The notes below the pieces were generated by a model. That model saw only the letters and a program-made list of their open reading frames with translations. It was not told the origin of the DNA and made no database searches. Below are positions 48,287 to 61,355 of a stretch of DNA of 64,000 bases, piece after piece (position 1 is the stretch's first letter; each line of letters opens with the position of its first letter). Both the position numbers and the translations under genes were made by a program. Source of the DNA: Harriotta raleighana (taxonomy: Eukaryota); contig JBNZDD010013728.1 of assembly GCA_050575255.1 (NCBI GenBank), positions 3,131,694-3,195,693 of the forward strand. The letters are read 5' to 3'.

Positions 48287-48382
48287 CATCTTAAAGTACA
48301 CGGTGTGTCTGAAACATACGATTTGTTCGTATGTTTCATACAACAAATCGTATGTTTCAGACACACCGTGTACTTTAAGATG
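48287..48382. repeat. Perfect inverted repeat, 41-bp arms with a 14-nt spacer
   Basis: 48287-48327 is the exact reverse complement of 48342-48382. Confidence 0.97.
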
Positions 48383-49009
48383 GATCTTTAAAAAATAAAA
48401 TTCTTCATTATACAATCCCATGGCATTGATCAGCTCAGCAGGTGTTCGGAAATCGACACGCTGCAGGTAAGGGATGAATTTGTTCTGCACATCTCTTTCC
48501 AATTTGTATGGCAGGCGTCTGTGTGACTGAATCACACAGGTTTTACGTCTGAGTTTCTGCCAGCGCTGATTTGGTGCTCACAGTACGGGTAGTCTGCAGG
48601 CCTAACACTGAGGTTTGATTTCTAGTTAAAAAACACTTCTCTTTGTCTCTACTAAATCAAGAAAAACAATTACCAGCCAGCCCATCTTCTCAAACTACAT
48701 AATTAAGGAACACTGGATAACTGTGCTTGAGAAGTGAGGACAGAGAGGCCAACCAGAGGGTCATGAGCTTCAATTGGTCGCTCTCCTTCTAGAGAAAAAC
48801 GGAGGGCGAGAGTCTTATTAACACTTGTGCACAGTTTCAGCTCCTAATTTGACACCTCCTTTGTTTCTCTGCCAATTTTAAGACCTGTTTTTCCCACTCC
48901 TGCTGCTGTGAAATTGAGGACTGAGGCAGGGATAACCTCCACTGGTCTCAGCAGCCTGACCGTTTCTGATCAGAGTGAGCCCACACTGAGTGTGTCAAGA
49001 ATAAATAGT

Positions 49010-49143
49010 ATAATAATCCTTGGATTTGATATAGCGCCTTTTCACTTCTTCTAGATGTCTTAAAGCACTTCACAGAATATACAGTAAAGTGAATTGACTG
49101 TATACTTGTGGGTGAATCGTGGCAGCCAATTGCGCACAGCAGT
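49010..49143 (-). mobile_element. SINE 3' fragment
   Basis: ATAATAATCCTTGGATTTGATATAGCGCC..GCAGCCAATTGCGCACAGCAG. Confidence 0.85.
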
Positions 49144-49239
49144 ATAAAAGCTTCATCAAAACACTGTGTGCCTCCATCCTAGTAACCCCTACCCCACATT
49201 CTTACCTGTGCTTGAGAGAGGTTCAGAGTTGGAGAGACG

Positions 49240-49430
49240 TATACAGCTAGTGAGACACACACAGACAGTTGGAGATGTTTAAACAAGAGACATACATACA
49301 CAGTTGCAGAGAGAAACAGACACACACACATAGTGAAGAGAGAGAGAGAAGTACACAGTTATATATTGAACAGAAACGTACAAATACACACTGTTAGAGA
49401 ATGAGGGAGAATTACACACAAACACAGTGA
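49240..49430. repeat. Degenerate compound (CA)n/(GA)n low-complexity repeat
   Basis: Recurrent ACACAGTT..GAGAGA..ACA units. Confidence 0.6.
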
Positions 49431-50831
49431 CCCAGTATCTGCATTGTTTGTGTCTCAATCAATGCAGGTACACTATCAGGCTTTCCACTGTAAATGACAA
49501 AAGAAGATCAAGAGTCGAGCCTGACCATGTTCTTAAACAACACCCCAGATAGTACATTTACTCTACAGCAGGTGTTTTACTGGATCAGCAAGAGAAACTT
49601 CAACTGATTTTTCTTCTTTGTTGTCCAAGAAACCTGCAGCCAGCTGAGCTGCTGTCCTGGCTGAGATCAGCTAACTCAGCAAAGACTCGCAATAGAACCT
49701 GCGACCATCATGTTCACAATCAACATACAATCCATTCTGTCAAGCAATTTACTCAATCCACTCCATGTCCTGGAGAAGAGTTCCACACAAGGCACTTCCG
49801 AACTTTAAAGTCACTAAACACCATAATGTTCTCCACAGACAACTTGTTATTCTTTTCCTATTGATCCCTTCACTTGCTGCATCCCTCCCTCGCCCCCCAC
49901 TCCCAACACCCACACACATCACCCTCAACCACAGAAATAGGGTCTGATTTCAGACCATACCTATCTTTCTATCCTCAGACAGATTCGCATTTGTAACAGA
50001 CCCCCAGATGAAAGGTTTATTATGTATGTCACCACAAACTGCAAGAATGAAACCCTGCACCAGCTTAGTTTACCCCATCCTTGCTAGTTTCCACCGACGC
50101 CCACTCCCCAGTGGATTGACGTCAAGGTTCTCATCCTGGCTTCTATCCTACTCCATTTTGCACAAACTCCCCCAGCCCTATTCTCTTGCCAGTACTTTCA
50201 CTCCGCCAGCTCTGATCTCCTGAATGCCTCTTACTCTTCTATTCAGCCAAACATTCAGCCAGTTGATAAGGCGTGAAATAAAATAGGTTATTGTTATTAT
50301 CCACCAGTGTCTGAAACTCTCTTCCAAATTCCTTCACTTTGCTTCCTCTCTCCGTGTCTTCAGTCACTATCTTCAACCTTTTGCCCCACTTCTTCTCCAA
50401 CTCATCGATATAAAATGTTTTGAGATGTTGGCCAACATGAAAGGCCCAGCATAAAGTGCAAGTTTTTGTTACAAGATTGATCAATCTCAGCCAAGACTCA
50501 ACAAAACTCTTTCATATACCCAACTGAAAGTGCTTCAAGTATCTGACTGCTGCCTGACATTGTGTGACATGTTACCTACACTTGTGAGATCACCCCGAGA
50601 AGGATTCACCAGCCGTTACCCAGGAATTTTGAACTCACTCATTCCTCTTTAACACCGAATACTAAACAATCAATCGTTGTTCGAGCGAAAAGAAAGTTTG
50701 TCTGAACGGATATTGTACCAACTGCACTATCTTTATTTCTATTTTCTCTCATTTATGTTCTCATCAGCCATTCATCATGGGGCTGTCAAAGTAAATAGGA
50801 CACACACCATTAAAGCCATGGCCTCCTGGAG

Positions 50832-50847
50832 ACAGTAGAGGGCGCTG
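50832..50847 (+). promoter_or_regulatory. Candidate CTCF site
   Basis: ACAGTAGAGGGCGCTG, one mismatch to the core CCASYAGRKGGCRS, in unique sequence. Confidence 0.4.
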
Positions 50848-52091
50848 AGGTTCAGTTCAAGGTGCCCCTAATGGCTAATATAAGGGCGACTCCCCACCTT
50901 GAAAAACACCAGAACAGTTTTACTTTTATTGTTTTACTTTATTTATTTTATCTTTTACAAATCGGCGATGCTTGTCGACAAGAATTCATGTGAGCTCTCC
51001 AATCCTATGTTGGAAGCAATTCACTGATATTAAAATAACTCAGGCTATTCAACACCTTTTAATTATTTTACATTATATTTGTTCTTGTATTTAATCCTTT
51101 TTCTCAAGAGTTTCTGTCCAGTGCTAGCGCAGTGCGTTCAGACTTTATTCCAAGATGCAGGTTCTGCTCAGGATATTGGGTCACAATCATATCCTAACCT
51201 TTGATGCTTCTCTGGAACCAAGCCAACCTCATTGCAGGAAGTTTTAACTGTTCAGGATGCTTGCCAAATTTGTGACTCTCCATGCTGTCCACTGTGCCTG
51301 GCAAAAGGCGAAACATTGAAACAGCAGAGAATATTTAGGAGAGCGATCTGATCCCCCCATAAATAACAAGCAGCATTTACTGCAGCATCATTCACACCCC
51401 AAAACATCTCAAAGCACTTGACAAACATACCAAATGCATTCTCTTGTTGACCAGCTAGTACAGAACTGATGAGAGACATTGGAAGTTCTGTGGAATGACT
51501 GAAATATGATAAGAAAGCAATGCAGGCAGGAAAAGGGGTTTGAAAGGAGGGAAATCCATTGAAACACAGAGACAGAGACAATGTTAGTTTTAAATTGGCA
51601 CCACTGATTGAAACTTCAATATATCATACCACAGAGCAATAGGATGCCGGGTTAACTTACAATGTGCCACAGACTGCATGCAATGTATTATTAGCATGCA
51701 CCTCCCTAACCATCATTGTCCATCGTCTTGGAACATCCTCCTAACGTGAAAGGCACTATACAAATGTAATGTTTTTGTTGAAGGTTTGGGTGAAGACAAG
51801 ATGAACTTCAGCTAGGGTGTTTTTTCCCCATTAAGCTGTCAAGGCTGGAATAAATAATGACTTATTGGGCAAAGTATCAGAGGGTAATTGGCTCCACTTG
51901 CTCCCAGCACAAAGTTAAAGGAATCAAATCCCAGACTTCTAGAAAAAGATATATCCAACCCAGTTGTACACAAATTCAACACAGATACTTGGATAATGGG
52001 GGTATTAAGAGCATGGTGAAAGGACATGGCAATAGGATTAAAAGATATGCTAAATTCTGATATACTGACAGAGCTGACTCAATGGGCTGAA

Positions 52092-52485
52092 TAGTAACAA
52101 TAATCTTTGCATTTGACAAGTGCCTTTTCACGTCTTGTAGACGCAAGCACTTTGTAGCGAATCAAAGCGCTTCACAGAACATACAGTACTATAAAGTGAA
52201 TTGACTGTATATTTGTGCGCGAAACTCAGCAGCCAATTGAGCTCAGCAGTGTCCCACAAACAATCGTGTAGATTAAGGAAACCTAGCTAAGGATTCGCCC
52301 TGACCTGCCAGGACTCGANGATTGAAATGACCCATTTATCATTGGGTTTTTTCCCCTTGAGTGATTATTATCAGGCGTGTAGATTAAGGAAACCTAGCTA
52401 AGGATTCGCCCTGACCTGCCAGGACTCGAACCCAGGTCTCTCGCTTGTAAGGGGAATGTGCTAACCACTGAGCTACAGCACTCCA
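52092..52485 (-). mobile_element. Young SINE, full length, with a probable misassembly at N52319
   Basis: Tail, core and head ACTCGAACCCAGGTCTCTCGCTTGTAAGG..AACCACTGAGCTACAG. 54-bp internal duplication. Confidence 0.85.
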
Positions 52486-53249
52486 CGTAGGTGTGAGGGG
52501 CAGGGAGGAGGGGGGGAAAGAGTGTAGATAAAATTGCACCCTGACACTGGCCCATGTGGAAATTAAAGCTATCAGGATACTGAGAGGAATTAAGACTGCG
52601 AGCCACTTCCTGAACGACCGCTTTCTGTTCTCCTATGTTCCTAACAAAGTTCAGATCTTGCTGAACAGAACCTGGATTATGGATCAATCAACAATTGAAA
52701 AACAAGTTGAGAAGAGGGCATGAGAGACAGAGTGATCGGTACACAGTGCGTTTCCCAAGAATAAATAACAGCAGAGAACACTTAATTGAAAATATTCCAA
52801 TNATGTAAATAACACTTAATTGAAAATATTCCAATATTCAAATTCCTTGGAGGATTCAAATTTTGAAGAGGTACTAGAACATAAAGAGTTGCAATAAATT
52901 ACCTTTGGGTAACCACTGCTTAATTGCCAATGGATATAAAAATTACAGAAATCTTTTAAATGTGTCACCAATCAATCAATCTCAATGGGAAGAAACTCTT
53001 TCAGTTTGAGAAGTACAGTACTACACAAACAGAGCTGTTATTTGAGGGATGTAGGTACATTCCAAATAGTTGCGGATCTGAAACGTGCTGTTATGGGCAT
53101 GAGAGTTACATACTTCCACGCAAGGAGGATGGAAGTTGTTAACTCTCTGCTAATTTTGCTCTGAAACAGCAACTCTCAAGAGCAGCCCAGCAATGATTCT
53201 CCCAAAAGTTTGCACTTATACAAACAGTTACATATGTTTAAAATTCTGA

Positions 53250-53752
53250 TGGGCGCTATGTAAGCGCAGGTTGTTGTTGTTGTTGTTGTTGGGACACTGC
53301 TGAGCACAATTGGCTGCTGAGTTTTGTACAGAAATATACAATCAATTCACTTTACAGTATCAGTATATTTGAGCCATCTAGAAGATGTGAAAAGCACTAT
53401 ATCAAACGTAAGGATTATTATGTGGTGAAGGCTGACACTCTGATATAGTGCTGAGGGTTCGCTGGATTGTTGCGAGGTGCTGTTGTTCTGCCCTGTCTGC
53501 CTATCTCAGTGGGTGAAGATTCCATGACACTATTCGAAAAGGGAAGGGAGTTTCTCGGGCCAACAATCTCCCAAATAAAATTAGTCACTCACCCGACTGT
53601 TTGTGGGACATTGCTGTGCACAAATTGGCTGCTGCATTTGCCCACAAGATACACATATTCACATCATTTCATAGCATATTCTGTGAAGTGCTTTGAGACG
53701 TCTTGACGACGTGGTGAGCCATTATTTCCAATGAGAGGATTATTATTATTTT
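53250..53752 (+). mobile_element. Cluster: L2a tail (53250-53290), SINE 3' half (53291-53421), DeuSINE (53425-53752)
   Basis: GGGCGCTATGTAAG..(GTT)n abuts GGGACACTGCTGAGCACAATTGG. Then AGGCTGACACTC..AAGATTCCATGACACTATTCGAA..GCTGTGCACAAATTGGCTGC. Confidence 0.8.
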
Positions 53753-56306
53753 TAAAAGGGTGCTTGAAGCAGAATCTGTAAAGCTTTTAGAAGGGAACTT
53801 GTCAAATACTTGAAAAAAGGGGAAAGGAAAGAGGAGTAGGCGTGTACATATATCTGTTTCAGAAAGAGAGCAAAGGTACAAAGGCTCTTTCTGTGCAATA
53901 ACTTCTATGATTACACAATTCTTTGAATGGTTAAAAATGCTGTCCTGTGGGCAATGAAAAAAATGTAGAGTAATTTTGAGGTGACCAACAGCATAGTCAA
54001 AAGAAATGGGATTTTATTATCTTTTTGAAAGGAGGGAGAGGTGTTGTAAGATGAAATGATAATGGGAGAGCATCAGAGGACAGAAGACAGCAAATTGCAC
54101 TTCCTTTCCCTTAAAGAAATACCTGACCTTGCAGTCAGGAAACCCATGAAATGGGCAGTCATGGAACTATAACAGTAATTCTCTAATGCTCTGTATCTGT
54201 AGAAGAGCGGCAACTGATAAAAGGGCACGTACTGTAACTTAAAGACGGGCAGATTCAGTGTACGGTTACAATGAAACTAAACAGGGACTGTCCTGAAACA
54301 ATCTGCTGACATGAGAATTGTCTACTGCAGCAAAGATGGTGATCTGGAGTATGATAAAATAATTCACACGCTGTGCATTTCAAAGTAAGACTTCAGATCA
54401 ATGAAACATTTGACATACATCAGCATCATGGTAGATGTCTACTTTATATCTTCATTATTGAACACTTGTTCGCCTACAAATACACAATCACTACACTTAA
54501 CAGAAATTCTTGTGAATCGCTTTGAGAGGTCTCGATGATGTGATAAATTACTACATCAAATGCAAGGTTTATTATAGTATTTTTGGGAATGCACAGGGAA
54601 GCATTTTTACAGCAGAAAACATATTTGTGAATTGAAAAGCACTGAAAGACCTCTGATCTCTAATATACTGTAGTAAGGAAACTTGATATTTTATATGCAT
54701 AACTTCTCCACGGTTCTGATTTCTCAAAGTTGGCTGAAATAGGTTTGCCAAGCTGAACCCAAGTAAGAATTTCTCAGCTCTCTCTTAATTTGCAAGTCTT
54801 TTCACATTCAATCAGCTTTTTCCACACACTGTTCTAAAGTCGCTTAAGGGTAAGAAAAACCTATCATCTCTTCAGTTAACAGAAATGTACCTTTTTGATA
54901 TCTTCCCTCTGCCTGTGCCCTTCCCCATTGTTCACTATTTACTCCTTAAATACCTTCCGAGAATGTCACAGTTTCTCTCATTTCAACAGAGCTCTCAATT
55001 ACTTCACCATCTCATATTTCACATACCAGAAATCCATCTCCTGACACTAGCTCCCATGTTATATCCTCCCACCAGCATTCCTCTCCTCATTGATTTGTGA
55101 TATTGAGTACATCTCCCACTTTGTATTCCACTGACACATTCACACCAGTGAAGACTATGGGCAAATCTGCTCAATGGTTTAAGAGGATTAATGCTCTTAA
55201 AATAATATTACAAGTTTTCAATTTATTCTCTAGCTTGGTAAAGGTTAAGCAGAGTGCATTGCCTTTTCAGTGTTAGAATACTGGTTGAAGGATGAGTTCT
55301 TAGGAGATCCCCAGTTATTTCTGACCCGATACCAACACATTCTTGTACTTCTCTAAACTTCATCTAACTTGATGAAATAATTAAGATCAAAACACAAGTA
55401 CAAGTTTTTGAATGCTCAGAGCTGAACAGTTGCTCCTATGGTCATATAATATTTACAGCACTGGTTTAAGGTTAATTGGACATATATTCTGTTTGGATGA
55501 AACCCTTGTCAAATATGCTATTATAAATTACATTATTCAACCCACAGACTTTAATGCAGTATCTATCGCAACATAATTAACAATATTACAAATTATTCTC
55601 ACATTTACCAAGCAAGCTGTTTGCTAAAGAACTAGCTGAGCAGAAAATAAAGTTCTCTGGTGATGATTCTGAAATGCAAATGCATTTTGCCAAGAATTTA
55701 GATTTAATAAAGAAAATGTAGCACTGCCATATTTATGCTACAATTGCCCAGTTAAAGAAGCCATTTTAAAAAAAAGTATCTATTTTAACTCACATAGTAT
55801 GTATGAAATATTAAAATTCATAGGACTATTAAGCAAATGGTGTGAGACAGCTGATTTCAGCTTTGAAGCCAGAATTTGCAATAGAAAATCAATGTTTACT
55901 CACTTCTGAGTAACACCAGAGTAATCAATGAAACACTAATGTGAAATCAAAGGACAAAATCCCATAGTAATTCCAGCATTAGTCTTTTGTCTGAAAGCTG
56001 TTAGCAGCCTGACAGACAATGTGTGCTTCAGAAGTCTAAAACAAGCATGGTATAAATGACAGGTTTTGTTTAAAACACAGCAAAATTCTGGGGGATGTAT
56101 TAATTGTTCTCAAGGACAAAAAATATATTAATACGTGGGGATGGGAAGAAATTGGAACTGAAAAATTGATTGCAAAATAGAATAAATGACATTAGGATCA
56201 GTAATCAGGATAAGCAAGATAGGACTACTGTATATACGAAGGAGAAGGGAATAGAGGGTTAATGGGACAGGGGATTAGGAGAGGTGGACACACAAGAATA
56301 GTATAA

Positions 56307-57080
56307 GCAACAACAACAAAATTATACTTTTATAGCGCCTTTCACTTCAGGCGGATGTCCCAAGGCGTTGGACAGTCAATGTTTCAGACCTGAGCTAGGG
56401 TCAGGAACAGAGAGGGTGGAGGGAAAGGAGAGGATTTGGGGATACCAATGGGACTGAGAGGATCTTGAGGTGGAACTTGAAGGAGGCAATGAAGTAGCAT
56501 GGAGAAGGGATTGTGGGATGGAGTTCCAAAGGGTGGGGGTGGAGAGGCTGAAAACCTGGCCGCCGATGGTAGGGCGGGTGGGATGGTAGACAAGGAGCAG
56601 GCTAGAGCCTGCTGAACAGACAGCGGACAGGTTGATAGGGAGTCAGCAGGTCAGAGAGGTAGGAGGGGGCAAGGCTGTGGAAGGCCTTGGATGACCTCTA
56701 CTTTGATGGGGTGCCAGTGGAGATGGGTTATGGTGGAGGTGATTGGATCACGAATGGAGAGGTCACGAGCTGCAGAGTTTTGGTTGATTTGCAGCTTGTG
56801 GAGGGAAGAGTGGGGAGGGTGACAAGGAGGCAATTGGCGTAGTTGAGCCTTGAGGTGATAAATGCATGTATGAGGGTATTGGCGGCCTGAGGGGTGAGGC
56901 AGTGGTGGAGTCCGGCAATGTTGCGGAGGTGAGGGATTAGTGAGGTGGAGTGTGCATCCATGGCTGCTGATGCTGCCAGTTCCTGTGGTGTGGAGGTGCT
57001 GGTGTAAGCCAACCAGCGGGGCCTCGATCTTGCTGACTTCAGATGCAGAAATGTGTCTCTCATCCAGGACCAGACGTTGC
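56307..57080 (-). mobile_element. L2b copy
   Basis: HLRNIAGLHHCLTPQAANTLIHAFITSRLNYANCLL, LHKLQINQNSAAR, (CAA)n tail. Confidence 0.9.
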
Positions 57081-57944
57081 TTAATCAACGATTGGAGCAG
57101 ATTGTAGGAAGGGTATTTGAGGCCAGGATACAAATACTCCAGCCATTTTTCAAAAAAGTTTGATGGGGTAAGGCCGGGTTTGGGTTCTGTAAAATGAGAT
57201 TAGATGGTTCAAAGGCTCTTTATCCTTACGAACCTGTGATCTTGTGAAATGTAATACTTTCCTTGATGATAGCATTTCTGGGTTGGACTGATTCACTGCA
57301 ACTCTCAGCGTCTTTCCATTTCTTTATGATTCATTTGAAAAACAACTGACATCTGTCAGTAATCCAGCGTTCAGTAAAACATTATGCAGCTCGTCGCAAG
57401 ACACAAGCTGCCTAGAGTGTCGTCAGTCACCCCATAATACATGTTGGACGGAGAAAGAATAGCCTTAACTGAGTGATAAAGAAGCAAGTGGAGTTTCTTT
57501 GCAAACCAAAAACATGGCATTGGAACTGGGACATGAGAAAACAAGTGGAATTCATCATTTAGTATATTTGACATTGTTCTTCTTTAACAACTGAACAACA
57601 AATATAGACGTTGCAGCCGTTACCCACATCCTTTGCAAACATCAACACATTCTTGAAAGTTAACCTTTGCCCTAGACCCATTGCACCAATGCATTTAAAC
57701 ACCTGTGGTTGTCTGGTTGACTACAGACAGAGCACGAGAATACTGACAGTTTGCTTTTTAAAATTGTGGAGTCCAAATCTTAATAAAGCCAAGATACCCA
57801 CATATCCTGTTGCACAAACCACTGTTCCCATACTAGTTTTGGTTAATTCTGCCGAGTACATTTATAGTATTCTGCCCTTAAAATTCAGAGCTTCCAGGTA
57901 ATTATGTATGTTAGAAAATGCGTTTGCATCTTGCATTAGAGACA

Positions 57945-58405
57945 ACCCTGCCCCCACCCCACCTCACATCCTTGGGTCCCCTGACTGTTCAGCACCTTGG
58001 GACGTCCTCCTGACTTGAAAGACACTCTACAAATGTAATTTTGTTGTTGTTGTTTGTAATAGATTACAATAATGTGCGCACAAATTCCACCTTTCACGAA
58101 GGATAATAATTCTTGCATTCAATATAGCGTTTTCATATCTTCTAGAAGTCTCAAAGCGCTTCACAGAATATACTGTGAAGTGAATTGATTTTATATTTGT
58201 GAGTGAAAAGCGGCAGCCAAATGCGCACAGCAGTGTCCCACGAACAATCGTGGATGAAACTACCAATTTATTATTGTTTGTTTATCGGGATTATTATCAT
58301 GAGTATGGATTAAGAAAAATTTCCCAAGGTTTTGCCCTGCCTGGAATTGAACCCAGGTCTCTCGCTTGCAAGGCGTGTGCTCTAACCACTGAGCTACAGA
58401 ACTCT
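57945..58405. mobile_element. L2b 3' end (+, 57945-58055) and full-length young SINE (-, 58102-58405)
   Basis: GGACGTCCTCCTGAC..(GTT)n. SINE head TGTAGCTCAGTGGTTAGAGCAC..GGGTTCAATTCC. Confidence 0.88.
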
Positions 58406-60750
58406 ACAGGCTAATACCCCAAGTTGAAGCACTTAAAGTGCTTCAGAGAGACACAGTGTAGATCAAGGAAAGTAGAAGGGAGGTGATTAGTCCTGAACAG
58501 GCAGAAGTGGCCTCAGTTTCATCCAAAAGATAGCACCTCCAACAATGCAGCAGCATAGCAATTTAAGACTATATGAGTTCTAAGTTCCTCAGAGTGGACA
58601 TATTGAACAAACTCCAAAAAATGTAGTTGATGGTACATGATCTTGAATTCCCAACAAGCAGCTTGAACCCCCCACCTCTCACTCAAAAATGAGAATGTTA
58701 CCAACTGAGCCAGGCGAACACCTAAACTTACGGTGATCAAAAACCTAAATGTGGTCTGATCCTTATGTGCTTTGGTTGATCCTCTAATTGGCTTTCTTTC
58801 AACTCAGAATTTCTGTTGTTCCCTTTCAGTGCTAAACACTTAAAACTCTCTAAACCCAAGACTATTCAAGATTTGAATACTGTCCCTACACATTGGAAAT
58901 TCCGCTAACACAGTGGTAGCCAACTTTTTTCATCCTCCAAACAAATAAGATTATTCTTGATTGAATATTTATTGATTTATAAATATCGCTACTCAGTAGC
59001 TGTTGGAACCAAATATTGATTTAACACCTTGACTAGTGTGAATGTTCAACAGGCCACTTTTGGCAGTAGTGGGTAGAGCTTGCCAAAGGGGGAAGTTGAA
59101 AGCCATCTCAGAATGTTATTTGACTTGTCGCACAGCAGGTCTAAACGGTGAGTGTCTACATTGAACAAGACAAAACAAGCTACTGTATATTTCTAATGCG
59201 TTGACTTTAAATACCCAGAAGTCAGCCTTGACCCTCAACCAAAGTTTATCCATTCCAAGTTTTCTATTGTTTCTCCACTACTTATCACTGTTTCAATTGA
59301 TTCTCTAAACTGTGAGAGGAGCAGTTTTAAGGACTAACAAGAGAGGGAGGCGGTGCGAGAAAAACAAAGGAGAAAGGGGTGGAGGACAGGAGACGATAGG
59401 TTAAAGAGCTGTTAATGATGCTAAACAAAGGAGGACAGCAGAGGCAGACCAGTGAGAGAAATGGTGTGTCTGGGATTCAGATGATATGCTACTGGTCACA
59501 GAAGAAGGGAGAGATATGCTGATATGGGAGATGTAACCTGTTCTTATGTTCTGAAGTGGTATGCTTTACTTTCTGCTGCTTCTTGACTGCTAAATTCCAT
59601 ACTCATTGCAATGTCTAAAATAATTGTATTTGGTCTAGTGTCCTATCCCAACAAAAAGTCTCAGCTTCACAGACAGATAAAGGGTTCATAGCACAATACT
59701 GCTTGCTCCTGATGGATGATGATGTTTGGTCTCGATCAGTGTGGGGCACAAGATGACTGCTTTGGGAAATAATATATTGGAGCAATCTCCATGGGAGAGG
59801 GGACTGAGACACATATTGGTACCAAAACTGCCCAGATCTAGAGGGGGCTGTGATCCCAAAGGAACATGCTCCACTTACCAGCACTAAAACATTCTCCTTG
59901 ACATTTCTGTCAGTGCACAGAGTTCAAATCATAGTGTTAGTATTTAAGTTTTGCACCCATGAATTTCATTCAGAGTGCTCTACAGTTATTTAAAAACAGG
60001 TTACTTGGCTAAAACGTCAATTGAAGCTGTGTGAATCAACGATATGCTAGGGTTAAATTATGTAATGATGCTGTGTGTTTAACCCTTTAACCCAGTCAGG
60101 TTTTCAAAGTATTGGGCACTTTACAAGAGTAAAGAACGGCAACTCACATGACTTGGAAGTGTTAAGGCATCCACTATTGTCAAGAAAAAATGATTGCCAT
60201 GAATATTTGGCTTATTTGCAAATATGAATCTCCATTAAATACAATATGACGTCTCGAATGCAAATCTTCTTTGTCAAAATACCCCCCACACCCCCACCCC
60301 ACACACACAAAGCAATTAGCCAAATACTGTTTTATCAGTATAGTGCCCTTTTAACAGTGTGAGGTTCACACACTGAGATAAACTGTTACCAAGGCCAGGC
60401 GTCTCTATTGCTTTGAAGTTGTGTACTTTGATTAATCATTACAGTGGAACACAATTTTGCTAAATGCTTTCAAGTACTTTGCCATTTTGTACCGCCCCAC
60501 TGATGCACGGTTGGCTCACAACAGCAGTTTACTATTGAATGATCCAGGAATTTTGACGCTTTGTAAAGTTGAACTAATTCTGGCAATAAGGACTGGAGCA
60601 TTATGAGTTAGGCTTTTCAGTAAGTTGCTGTAAGTGTGCACAATAGAGCACTGAAAGGGACTTGCATCAAGTTCAGAGACTAACTTTAAGTGGTCCCAGA
60701 GCAACATTCAAGCCACACGGTAGAAAACTACCACTTCACATCTGCAAATA

Positions 60751-61098
60751 TAATACAACCTTGTTTATCCATGACCCGATCAACCGGATTGCTCGACCCC
60801 CTCCCGGGGCAATTCCCCATTCCAGGAATCACGAGTTTGCTCACTTTACGCATGCGTGCAATGTGTGGGCATGCGCACTTATTAAAATGCCTTTTTACCG
60901 ATACCGAGTGTGCTGGAATGCTTTATTGGTAAATATCCATACAATATTCTGTTACTATTTAGTGCATTATTAACATGGTATGTTTTAAAATAAGTTAATT
61001 TTTTATGTTGGGTTTTTGCAATTTGTCCCCCGTTTATCCGGCACAGTCAATTAGTCGACCCCCATCCCCGAGCGTACTGGATAAACAAAATTTTACTG
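60751..61098. mobile_element. Tc1/mariner (Tigger/pogo-like) MITE
   Basis: TA|TAATACAACCTTGTTTATCC ... GGATAAACAAAATTTTACTG|TA: ~20-bp imperfect TIRs starting CAGT, TA TSD, internal repeat GTTTATCCGG at ~61032. Confidence 0.75.
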
Positions 61099-61139
61099 TA
61101 TCACAATGAGCACCAAAAGGAAACCTTTGGCCCTTGTTC

Positions 61140-61355
61140 CCAGAAAAGGGAGCCATTCTCCCTTCAATTCATTTAGATATTTAAGGTCCCATGCCTTGAT
61201 TTGAAATGAGAAGGGGGATTCTCCTGGTATCCTCACCAAGAATAGCCCCATTTAAAATTGTCCATTCACTCCATGGCTGTTATGCACTGTTATGCACTGT
61301 TATGCACAACCTATCTGTCATGTTCGCTCCAAAAATACATAGTCACTACAGTATA
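61140..61355 (+). mobile_element. Old DeuSINE fragment with a 10-bp x3 tandem (CTGTTATGCA, 61277-61306)
   Basis: AAGGTCCCATGCCTTGATTTGAA..GGGGATTCTCCTGGTATCCT. Confidence 0.65.

Noticed and set aside
48197-48535. 112-aa minus-strand ORF
   Set aside because: It runs through the perfect inverted repeat, has no ATG start and shows no recognisable homology.
58335-58405. tRNA gene (A/B boxes, anticodon arm TGC here, TAC in other copies)
   Set aside because: It is the head of a repeated SINE, continues into SINE body and tail, and lacks a proper acceptor stem and terminator.
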